DNA from: Acidobacteriota bacterium
GTDB lineage: Bacteria; Acidobacteriota; Vicinamibacteria; Fen-336
Assembly: GCA_031369785.1 (NCBI GenBank)
Contig: JANMPI010000044.1
Coordinates: 1-42,077, forward strand
DNA: 42,077 nt
Direction: 5' to 3'
Shown one piece after another: positions 18,292-25,361 of this stretch. Each line of letters opens with the position of its first letter. Position 1 is the stretch's first letter. The notes under the pieces are model-generated. The model was not told where the DNA came from. It was given only the letters and a program-made list of their open reading frames with translations, and did not search any database. The translations under genes and the position numbers were made by a program.

Positions 18292-20106
18292 ATGGACGCG
18301 CCTGCCTTCCCCGACCTGCGCGCGTACCTGGACGTGCTGCGGCGCGACGGCGATCTCGTGACCGTCACCGCCCCCGTAGATGCCCGGCTGGAGGTCGCCG
18401 AGATCCACCGGCGGGTCATCGCCGCGGGGGGCCCTGCCCTCCTGTTCACCAACGTGAATGGCGCCGCGTTCCCGCTGGCGACCAATCTCTTCGGCACGCG
18501 CGCGCGGGTCGAGAGGGCGTTCGGCCGCCGCCCGCTCGACCTCGTCCGCCGCGTGGCCGCGATCGCCCAGCGCGGCGCGCCGCCGACCCTCGGCACGGTG
18601 TGGAAGGAGCGCGACCTCGTCCGCCAGCTCCTGAAAGTCGGCACCCGGCGCACGCGCATGGGCGCGGTGGCCGACGTGGTGTCGAAGGAGGTGCGCCTCG
18701 AACGCCTGCCCGTCATCACGAGCTGGCCGGAGGACGGCGGCCCGTTCGTCACGCTGCCCCTCGTCTACACCGAGCACCCGGAGGGCAAGGGGCACAACCT
18801 CGGCATTTACCGGATGCAGGTGTACGGCCCGCACACCACGGGCATGCACTGGCAGATCGGCAAGGGGGGCGGCTTCCACCACGCGGTGGCGGAAGCGAAG
18901 GGCGAGGCGCTCCCGGTGACGGTGTTCCTGGGCGGCCCGCCGGCGCTGATGCTCGCCGCCATCGCACCGCTGCCGGAGAACGTGCCCGAGCTGATGCTCG
19001 CGTCCCTGGTCGCGGGCCGGCGGCTGTCCACCGTGCCCGGGCCGGGGCCGCACCCGCTGATCGGCGACGCCGAGTTCGCGCTCGTCGGCCACGTGCCCGC
19101 CGGCCTCCGTCATCCGGAAGGGCCCTTCGGCGACCACTACGGCTACTACTCGCTGCAGCATGACTATCCCGTCTTCGAGATCGAGGCCATCGCGCACCGC
19201 AAGGGCGCGATCTACCCCGCGACCGTCGTGGGCAAGCCGCGGCAGGAGGATTTCTTCCTCGGCGATTTCCTCCAGGAGCTGCTGTCCCCGCTCTTCCCCC
19301 TGGTGATGCCCGCCGTCGAGCGGCTGTGGTCGTACGGCGAGCCGGGCTTTCACTCGCTGGCGGCGGCGGTCGTGAAGCAGCGCTACGGCCGCGAGGCGAT
19401 GGCGAGCGCGTTCCGCATCCTGGGCGAGGGACAGCTCTCCCTCACGAAGTTCCTGCTCCTCACCGATCGACCGGTGGACCTGCTCGACTTCAAGGCCACC
19501 CTCGAGCACGTGCTGGAGCGCACGCACCCCGAGACCGACCTCTACGTGTTCTCCAATCTGTCGATGGACACCCTCGACTACACGGGCCCGAAGGTGAACG
19601 AAGGGTCGAAGGGGGTGTGGCTCGGCCTCGGCGATCCCGTGCGCAACCTGCCCCGCGAGTTCACGGGCGGCGCGTCGCTGCCCCCGGAGATCTTCCGCCC
19701 CATCGTCTTCTGCGGCGGCTGCCTCGTCGTCGGCGGACCTCCCTTCGCCGCCGATCCGCAGGCCGCGAAGAGGATCGCCGCCCATCCGGCGTTCGCGGGC
19801 TGGCCGCTCGTGGTCCTCTCCGACGAGCCCCGCCGCGCCACCGCGAGCACGGTCAACTTCCTCTGGACGACGTTCACGAGATTCGAGCCCGCGGCGGACA
19901 TCCACTCGGCGTCCGCCGACGTGACCCGCAATCACATCGCGCGCAAGTCCCCGATCGTCATCGACGCCCGGCTCAAGCCCGGCTTTCCCGCCGAGCTCTT
20001 CTGCGACGAGGAGACGGCGCGCACGGTGAGCCGCCGCTGGCTCGAGTATTTCGACCGCCCGGTCGAGATGGGCGACTCCGGGGCCGGCCACCTCGACCCA
20101 GGCTGA
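18292..20106 (+). CDS. UbiD-family decarboxylase, menaquinone (futalosine-branch) type
   Basis: ORF 18292..20106. N-terminus DLRAYLDVLRRDGDLVTVTAPVD...GPALLFTNVNGAAFPLATNLFG is typical of UbiD. The roughly 600 aa length matches the long UbiD homologues found with mqn genes (MqnL-like). Divergent from mqnE. Confidence 0.85.
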   Translation: MDAPAFPDLRAYLDVLRRDGDLVTVTAPVDARLEVAEIHRRVIAAGGPALLFTNVNGAAFPLATNLFGTRARVERAFGRRPLDLVRRVAAIAQRGAPPTLGTVWKERDLVRQLLKVGTRRTRMGAVADVVSKEVRLERLPVITSWPEDGGPFVTLPLVYTEHPEGKGHNLGIYRMQVYGPHTTGMHWQIGKGGGFHHAVAEAKGEALPVTVFLGGPPALMLAAIAPLPENVPELMLASLVAGRRLSTVPGPGPHPLIGDAEFALVGHVPAGLRHPEGPFGDHYGYYSLQHDYPVFEIEAIAHRKGAIYPATVVGKPRQEDFFLGDFLQELLSPLFPLVMPAVERLWSYGEPGFHSLAAAVVKQRYGREAMASAFRILGEGQLSLTKFLLLTDRPVDLLDFKATLEHVLERTHPETDLYVFSNLSMDTLDYTGPKVNEGSKGVWLGLGDPVRNLPREFTGGASLPPEIFRPIVFCGGCLVVGGPPFAADPQAAKRIAAHPAFAGWPLVVLSDEPRRATASTVNFLWTTFTRFEPAADIHSASADVTRNHIARKSPIVIDARLKPGFPAELFCDEETARTVSRRWLEYFDRPVEMGDSGAGHLDPG

Positions 20107-20152
20107 CATCGCCGGGAGCGTAATCGTCAAAAAAGTCAGCCCGGAAACGGAC

Positions 20153-20180
20153 TTGACCCGCCCCTGCTCATCCGTATACT
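20153..20180 (+). promoter_or_regulatory. candidate sigma70-type promoter (TTGACC-N16-TATACT)
   Basis: TTGACC at 20153-20158 and TATACT at 20175-20180 with a 16-nt spacer. It sits in the only sizeable, visibly less GC-rich intergenic region here (20107-20262), upstream of the M23 peptidase gene. Confidence 0.4.
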
Positions 20181-20262
20181 AGCGACCAATTCCAGGCGGT
20201 CGTAAACATCAGGACAGGCGGGAGGGTTTCTGGAGCGATCCGGCAAGAAGTCGCGTTTCGGA

Positions 20263-21519
20263 ATGAAGTCCCGTTGCGCCCTCGGCGCGCTCGCCCTCCT
20301 CCTGCTGCCGCCGAAGGTGCTGCCCAATCGAATGGAGAGCATCCCGTTCGAAACGCCGATCCTCGACGAGGGCCGCTTCGCGGTCGCGACGAGCGTCCAG
20401 GCTTCCGTCCCCGAGCTGCGCGTCCTCAAGGGCCAGGTCGGCCGGAACGCCACTCTCGGCAGCATGCTGCGCGAAGCGCTGTCGCCTTCGGGCGTCCACA
20501 CGATCGTCGAAGCGGCGCGGCCGGTGTACGACCTCGCGCGGCTCTCCGTCGGTCATCCCTTCGGCGTGACCTTCGGACCGGACGGGCTGGTGGCTGCCTT
20601 CACCTACGGCATCGACGAGCTCCGCACTCTGCACGTCATCCGCCACGAGGGCACGTACAAGGCCGAGGTGTTGACCCGCGAGTACGAGGTGCGCCCCTCC
20701 GTCGTGCACGGCCTCATCACGTCGAGCCTCTACGGGGCGGTGTCGGACGCGGGCGAGGACGACCAGCTCGCCGTCGACCTCGCGGAGATCTTCGCGTGGG
20801 ACGTCGACTTCAATACCGAGCTGCGGAGCGGTGACTCGTTCCGCGTGGCGGTGGAGAAGATGTACCTCGACGGGCGGTTCGTGCGCTACGGCCGCGTCCT
20901 TTCCGCGGAGCTCGTGCGCGGGGCGCGCGTCGTGCAGGCGCTCTGGTTCTCCAGCCAGAACGGCCCCGGCTACTACACCCCCGACGGCAACCCCATGCGC
21001 AAGGCCTTCCTGCGCTCGCCGCTCAAGTTCAGCCGCGTGAGCTCGGGCTTCACGCATGCCCGCTTCCATCCCATCCTGAAGACCATGCGGCCGCACCTCG
21101 GCGTCGACTACGCGGCGCCGGTGGGAACGCCGGTGCGCGCCTCGGGCGATGGCGTCGTCACGCGCGCGGGCTGGGACCGCGGCTACGGGAAGGCAGTCAA
21201 GCTCCGCCACCCGAACGGTTACGAGACGCTGTACGGCCACCTTTCGCGCATCAACGTGAAGCTCGGGCAGCGTGTCGCCCAGGCGGAGATCATCGGAGCC
21301 GTCGGCACCACCGGGATGTCCACGGGACCGCACCTCGACTACCGCATGATCAAGTCCGGGGTGTACATCGACCCGCGCGCGCTGAAGTCGCCGCCCGCCG
21401 AGCCGATCACGCGGGCCGAGCGCGGGGCGTTCGAAGACGAGCGCACACGGCAGCTCGCGCTGCTGGGCACTTCCGCCCCGACGGCGACCGCGCTGTCCGA
21501 CGTCCCGGCCGCGCGCTAG
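20263..21519 (+). CDS. M23-family peptidoglycan DD-endopeptidase (MepM/Csd3-like architecture)
   Basis: ORF 20263..21519. Signal-like N-terminus MKSRCALGALALLLLPP. The M23 catalytic region reads HLGVDYAAPVGTPVRASGDGVV...GYGKAVKLRHPNGYETLYGHLS...GTTGMSTGPHLDY. Confidence 0.85.
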   Translation: MKSRCALGALALLLLPPKVLPNRMESIPFETPILDEGRFAVATSVQASVPELRVLKGQVGRNATLGSMLREALSPSGVHTIVEAARPVYDLARLSVGHPFGVTFGPDGLVAAFTYGIDELRTLHVIRHEGTYKAEVLTREYEVRPSVVHGLITSSLYGAVSDAGEDDQLAVDLAEIFAWDVDFNTELRSGDSFRVAVEKMYLDGRFVRYGRVLSAELVRGARVVQALWFSSQNGPGYYTPDGNPMRKAFLRSPLKFSRVSSGFTHARFHPILKTMRPHLGVDYAAPVGTPVRASGDGVVTRAGWDRGYGKAVKLRHPNGYETLYGHLSRINVKLGQRVAQAEIIGAVGTTGMSTGPHLDYRMIKSGVYIDPRALKSPPAEPITRAERGAFEDERTRQLALLGTSAPTATALSDVPAAR

Positions 21520-21528
21520 AGTAGGGCC

Positions 21529-22608
21529 GTGGGACGATTGCTGACGGTCGCCAACATCCTCCGGCTTCTCCTCGTCTTCGTTCCCGTCGCGATCTACCTG
21601 GGGCTGACCCACGCCTCGCCCACCTGGGTGTTCCTCTTCTGCTGCCTCGCCATCCTGCCCCTCGCCGGGTTGATGGGGGAAGCCACCGAGCACATCACCC
21701 ATCACACCGGACCGGGCATCGGCGGGCTGATGAACGCGTCGTTCGGCAACGCGGCCGAGTTGATCATCGCCTTCATCGCGCTCAAGGCGGGCGAGACGGA
21801 GATCGTCAAGGCGTCGCTCACCGGATCCATCATCGGAAACCTCCTGATGGTCCTCGGGCTCTCGATGCTCCTGGGCGGCTGGAAGCACAAGGAGCTGAAG
21901 TTCAGCCGCATCGCCGGCGAGAGCGGCAGCAGCATGATGGTGCTGGCCGTGGTCGCGCTGGTGATCCCCGCCATCTATGCGCAGGTCACGCAGCACCGGT
22001 ACCCCGGCCACATCGAGTCGCTGAGCCTCGACATCTCGTGGGTGCTGCTGTTCACCTACGCGGCCAGCCTCGTCTTCTCGCTGAAGAGCCACAAGCACCT
22101 CTTCGCGGGCGAGGGCGACGACCTCGCGGAGAAGGGTCACGCGGAAGGCGTCTGGTCGATCGGAAAGAGCGTAGCGGTGCTGATCGGCGCGGCCTCGTTC
22201 GTGGGCTGGATCAGCGAGTTCCTCGTCCACGCGGTGGGCCAGGCCGGCGCCGCGATGGGCATGAGCAAGGTCTTCATGGGCGTGGTCGTGGTGGCCATCG
22301 TCGGCAATGCCGCCGAGCACTCCACCGCCATCCTCGTCGCCATGAAGGGAAAGATGGACCTGGCTCTCGGCATCGCCATGGGCTCGTCGATGCAGATCGC
22401 GCTCTTCGTGGCCCCGGTGCTGGTCATCGCCGGCCACTTCATGGGCACCCCGCTCGGCCTCGAGTTCACGATCCTCGAGGTCGTGGCGGTGTTCCTGTCC
22501 GTCGGCCTGGTGTCCCTGCTCGTGCTCGACGGGCGCACCAACTGGTTCGAGGGCGTGCAGCTGCTGGCCGTCTACGCCATCCTCGCGATGGCGTTCTACT
22601 TCGTCTGA
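21529..22608 (+). CDS. CaCA-family cation(Ca2+)/H+ antiporter
   Basis: ORF 21529..22608 (GTG start). Polytopic membrane protein with two alpha-repeat signatures, GNAAELIIAFIALKAG and GNAAEHSTAILVAMKG. Confidence 0.85.
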   Translation: MGRLLTVANILRLLLVFVPVAIYLGLTHASPTWVFLFCCLAILPLAGLMGEATEHITHHTGPGIGGLMNASFGNAAELIIAFIALKAGETEIVKASLTGSIIGNLLMVLGLSMLLGGWKHKELKFSRIAGESGSSMMVLAVVALVIPAIYAQVTQHRYPGHIESLSLDISWVLLFTYAASLVFSLKSHKHLFAGEGDDLAEKGHAEGVWSIGKSVAVLIGAASFVGWISEFLVHAVGQAGAAMGMSKVFMGVVVVAIVGNAAEHSTAILVAMKGKMDLALGIAMGSSMQIALFVAPVLVIAGHFMGTPLGLEFTILEVVAVFLSVGLVSLLVLDGRTNWFEGVQLLAVYAILAMAFYFV

Positions 22609-23207
22609 CCGGGACCGGGGGCGGTGCTCGGATGCGGCGGCGGCGCCGCGTTCCCGCCGGGGATCTGCGGGCCCTCGCGTCCGAGGAAGCGCGGGCGCCC
22701 GGCCAGGAAGAGCCACTGGTCGTAATGATCCTGCCCGTTCATGACGCGCAGGCTTTCGTCGGTGTTGGTGCTGGTCACGCCGACGAAAGGCGCGACGCTG
22801 TCGCCGCGGGCGCCCGTCCCTGACCGCGGCTCGGGGCTCGGGACCGGGCGTCCCGGCATCCCCATGCCGGGCAATGCGGGCATCCGCGGGACCACCACCT
22901 CGCCGGCCTTGATGAACTTCCACTTCCCGTCCTTCGCCATCGGGTCCTCGTAGGCCTGGCGGAGGAACTTGCCCTTCACGAGCACGGCGAGGCTCGGGGG
23001 CGGGGCGCCGCCGTTCTTCTTCTGGTAGCGCTCGATGGCGGACGCGATCTGGTCGCCGCGGAAGTAGAGCTCCTGTTCCCGCTCGTTCTGGGCCACGTAC
23101 TTCCAGCTCGGCATGGCCGCGCCCATCAGGATCAGCATGATGGTCATCGCCGCCATCAGCGCGACGAGGGAGAAGCCGGACTCGGACCCGCGGCCCGCCC
23201 GGCTCAC
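22596..23207 (-). CDS. prepilin-type (pseudo)pilin lacking Glu5
   Basis: ORF 22596..23207. GTG 23207 overlaps the SLT stop (GTGA). N-terminal class III signal G/FSLVALMAAMTIMLILMGAAMP has Ala at +5. The following EREQELYFRGDQIASAIERYQ...FLRQAYEDP...W resembles the two upstream pseudopilins. Pro/Gly-rich C-terminus. Confidence 0.7.
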   Translation of the reverse strand: MSRAGRGSESGFSLVALMAAMTIMLILMGAAMPSWKYVAQNEREQELYFRGDQIASAIERYQKKNGGAPPPSLAVLVKGKFLRQAYEDPMAKDGKWKFIKAGEVVVPRMPALPGMGMPGRPVPSPEPRSGTGARGDSVAPFVGVTSTNTDESLRVMNGQDHYDQWLFLAGRPRFLGREGPQIPGGNAAPPPHPSTAPGPGQTK

Positions 23208-23872
23208 CGGGACTTGGCGGGCTTCGGGTTGGCTGCGGCGGCCTTTTCGGCCCTGGCGGCGCGCTCGTAGCGGGTCATCACGCGGCTGATGTAGTGGTGG
23301 GTCTCGCGGTAGGGCGGAACGCCGCCGTGGCGCTTCACCGCGCCGGGGCCGGCGTTGTAGGCGGCCAGCGCCTTGCCGATGTCGCCGCCGTACTGGGCGA
23401 CGAGCATCCGGAGGTAGCGGGTGCCGCCGTCGAGGTTCTGCGCGGGATCGAGCGCATCCGCGACCCCGAGCTCACGGGCGGTGGCGGGCATCAGCTGCAT
23501 CAGGCCCTGGGCGCCCTTGTTGGACACCGCGTCGGCCTGGAAGCCGGATTCGACCGAGACCACGGCCAGCACCAGGTTCGGATCCAGCCCGTGGCGGCGC
23601 GCGGTGGCGATGGCCAGGGCCCGGATGTCCGTCCCCGCCGCGACGGGGGCCAGGACCTCGTCGATGACCTCGTCGGGAACGAAGCCGCGGATCTCGGCGG
23701 CCACGACGCCGACTTCCCCGCCGCCCTTCAGGCTCAAGAAGATGCGGTCGGCCTCGACCCGGCGACCGGTGACCTTCAGGGTCTGCCCGTTGGCGAGGAC
23801 GGCGATCTCTGCGCGGGCGGACGCCGCCCCGCCCAGGGCCAATAGCGCGATCGTCACGGGAAGGAGCTTCAT
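23204..23872 (-). CDS. secreted lytic transglycosylase (SLT domain)
   Basis: ORF 23204..23872. Signal peptide MKLLPVTIALLALGGAASARA. SLT motifs AVVSVESGFQADAVSNKGAQGLMQLMPATA and AYNAGPG. Confidence 0.85.
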   Translation of the reverse strand: MKLLPVTIALLALGGAASARAEIAVLANGQTLKVTGRRVEADRIFLSLKGGGEVGVVAAEIRGFVPDEVIDEVLAPVAAGTDIRALAIATARRHGLDPNLVLAVVSVESGFQADAVSNKGAQGLMQLMPATARELGVADALDPAQNLDGGTRYLRMLVAQYGGDIGKALAAYNAGPGAVKRHGGVPPYRETHHYISRVMTRYERAARAEKAAAANPKPAKSR

Positions 23873-24555
23873 AGGACGGGGATCGCGAGGCCCCCCGACG
23901 TGATGATACCGCCGGCGGTCGGGACCGAGGCTTTGACGGTGATCACGCCGACGGTGTTACGGACCGTCCGCAGCAGGTCCTCCGCCTCGCCGTTGTTGTT
24001 CGTGAACACCGGGTGCCCCGCACTCTCCAGGAAATCCGTCCGAGGGTCCTCGACGACGAAGAAGGTGACGGGAACGTCGGCCACGGGGTTGCCATTTCCG
24101 TCCACCACGGTGGCGATGACGTGGGTCGTGTTCGAGTTCGTGATGCGCGCGGGCACGGCGCGCAGGCGGATGGCCCGGACGTTGACGTTGCCCACCGTGA
24201 TGACCACCGGATTCGGCGTGCCGACCGTGCTCCCCGAGAAGGCGCGGATGTTGGCGTTCCCGGAGCGGCTGTCGGAGACGAAGCGCGCGGTGGCGACGCC
24301 GTTTCGCGTGCGCGTCTCGGGATCGATCGTGCCGAGGTCGGTCGTCCAGCGCACCACCGTCCCGTCCGGGGCGTAGGTGCCGGCGGGCTCGATCACGAAC
24401 GCGGTGATGTCCGACGTCCCGCCGTGCGCGGCGACGAAGGAAGGATTGGCGCTCAAGGTGATCGTCGAATCCGTGGGCGCGGTCAGGTATGCGCCCCCGC
24501 ACGAAAGCGCGAGGACGGCGGCGATCGCGACGGACGTGCGGCGCAGGGCGCTCAC
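23869..24555 (-). CDS. secreted or lipoprotein-like protein with two Ig-like (Big_1-type) domains, paralogue B
   Basis: C-terminal 228 aa of ORF 23869..25155. GTG 24555 overlaps the upstream stop (GTGA). Contains VSALRRTSVAIAAVLALSCGGAYLTAP..., then THVIATVVDGNGNPVADVPVTFFV...FTNNNGEAEDLLRT...ITVKAS. Confidence 0.7.
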   Translation of the reverse strand: MSALRRTSVAIAAVLALSCGGAYLTAPTDSTITLSANPSFVAAHGGTSDITAFVIEPAGTYAPDGTVVRWTTDLGTIDPETRTRNGVATARFVSDSRSGNANIRAFSGSTVGTPNPVVITVGNVNVRAIRLRAVPARITNSNTTHVIATVVDGNGNPVADVPVTFFVVEDPRTDFLESAGHPVFTNNNGEAEDLLRTVRNTVGVITVKASVPTAGGIITSGGLAIPVL

Positions 24556-25361
24556 TGGACGGGGATCTCGAGCGACCGCACCGCGGGCACGAAACCGCCG
24601 GGGCCCGCGGCCGAGGCGGTCACCGTGATCGTCCCCGGCGTCGTCCGCCGCGTGCGCAGGATGTCCTCCGCCTCCCCGTTGTTGTTGGTGAAGACCGCCG
24701 CGCCGGCGCTCTCGAAGAAGTCGACGTCCTTGTTGATCAGCACCTCGAAGAACACGGGCACGTTTGCCACCGGATTGCCGTCCTTGTCGGTCACGGTCGC
24801 GATCACGTGCGTCGTACGCGACGTCGTGATCCGCGACGGAAACGCGCGCAGCTGCACGAACTTCACCAGCGCGTTGCCGATCGTCACCGTCGTGCGGTCG
24901 ATGTTGTCCGTTCCCGCGACGAAGGAGGCGCTCCCCGCGGACTGCGCGCCGGTGCCCGGGATACGGAGCGTCGTGCTCGTGGTCACCGTGGACGTCGGCG
25001 TCCCCGGGCTGGGGTTCGTCGGCGGGAGCGCGTCGGCGCCCGATTGCGCAGTCACCTCCGCCACGCCGGAGCGGCTGTCCGACACCAGGCGGTTGCGGGC
25101 GATCCCGCGCACCGTCCGCGTCTCGCGATCCACGTGTCCCAGGGTCGTGGTCCACAGCACCACGGTGCCGTCGGGGACGTCGGTCCCGATCGGCTCGGTG
25201 ACGACCGCCATCAGCTCCGACACTCCCCCGTGGGAGGCAATGAAGGTCGGATTGGCGACCAGGGTCAGCGTCGAGCCGGGCGGCGCGGTGAGATAGGCGC
25301 CGCCGCAGCGCACGAGGGCGACCGCGATCGCCGCCGCCGCGAGCGCGGCCCTGCCCTTCAT
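24552..25361 (-). CDS. secreted or lipoprotein-like protein with two Ig-like (Big_1-type) domains, paralogue A
   Basis: ORF 24552..25361. ATG overlaps the secretin stop (ATGA). Contains MKGRAALAAAAIAVALVRCGGAYLTAP... and THVIATVTDKDGNPVANVPVFFEV...FTNNNGEAEDILRT...ITVTAS. Collinear with paralogue B but carries an extra Ser/Thr/Pro-rich inter-domain insert of about 40 aa. Confidence 0.7.
   Translation of the reverse strand: MKGRAALAAAAIAVALVRCGGAYLTAPPGSTLTLVANPTFIASHGGVSELMAVVTEPIGTDVPDGTVVLWTTTLGHVDRETRTVRGIARNRLVSDSRSGVAEVTAQSGADALPPTNPSPGTPTSTVTTSTTLRIPGTGAQSAGSASFVAGTDNIDRTTVTIGNALVKFVQLRAFPSRITTSRTTHVIATVTDKDGNPVANVPVFFEVLINKDVDFFESAGAAVFTNNNGEAEDILRTRRTTPGTITVTASAAGPGGFVPAVRSLEIPVQ

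Noticed and set aside
18241-20130. N-terminal 630 aa of the 998-aa minus ORF 17134..20130.
   Set aside because: Only the C-terminal 368 aa (from ATG 18240, preceded by GGAGA) match a radical SAM MqnE-like protein. The rest is antisense to the well-supported UbiD-family gene.
20220-20232. GGGAGGG followed by an in-frame CTG (20230), considered as an alternative upstream start for the M23 peptidase.
   Set aside because: The spacer is only 3 nt and CTG starts are rare. ATG 20263 yields a normal signal peptide (MKSRCALGALALLLLPP).
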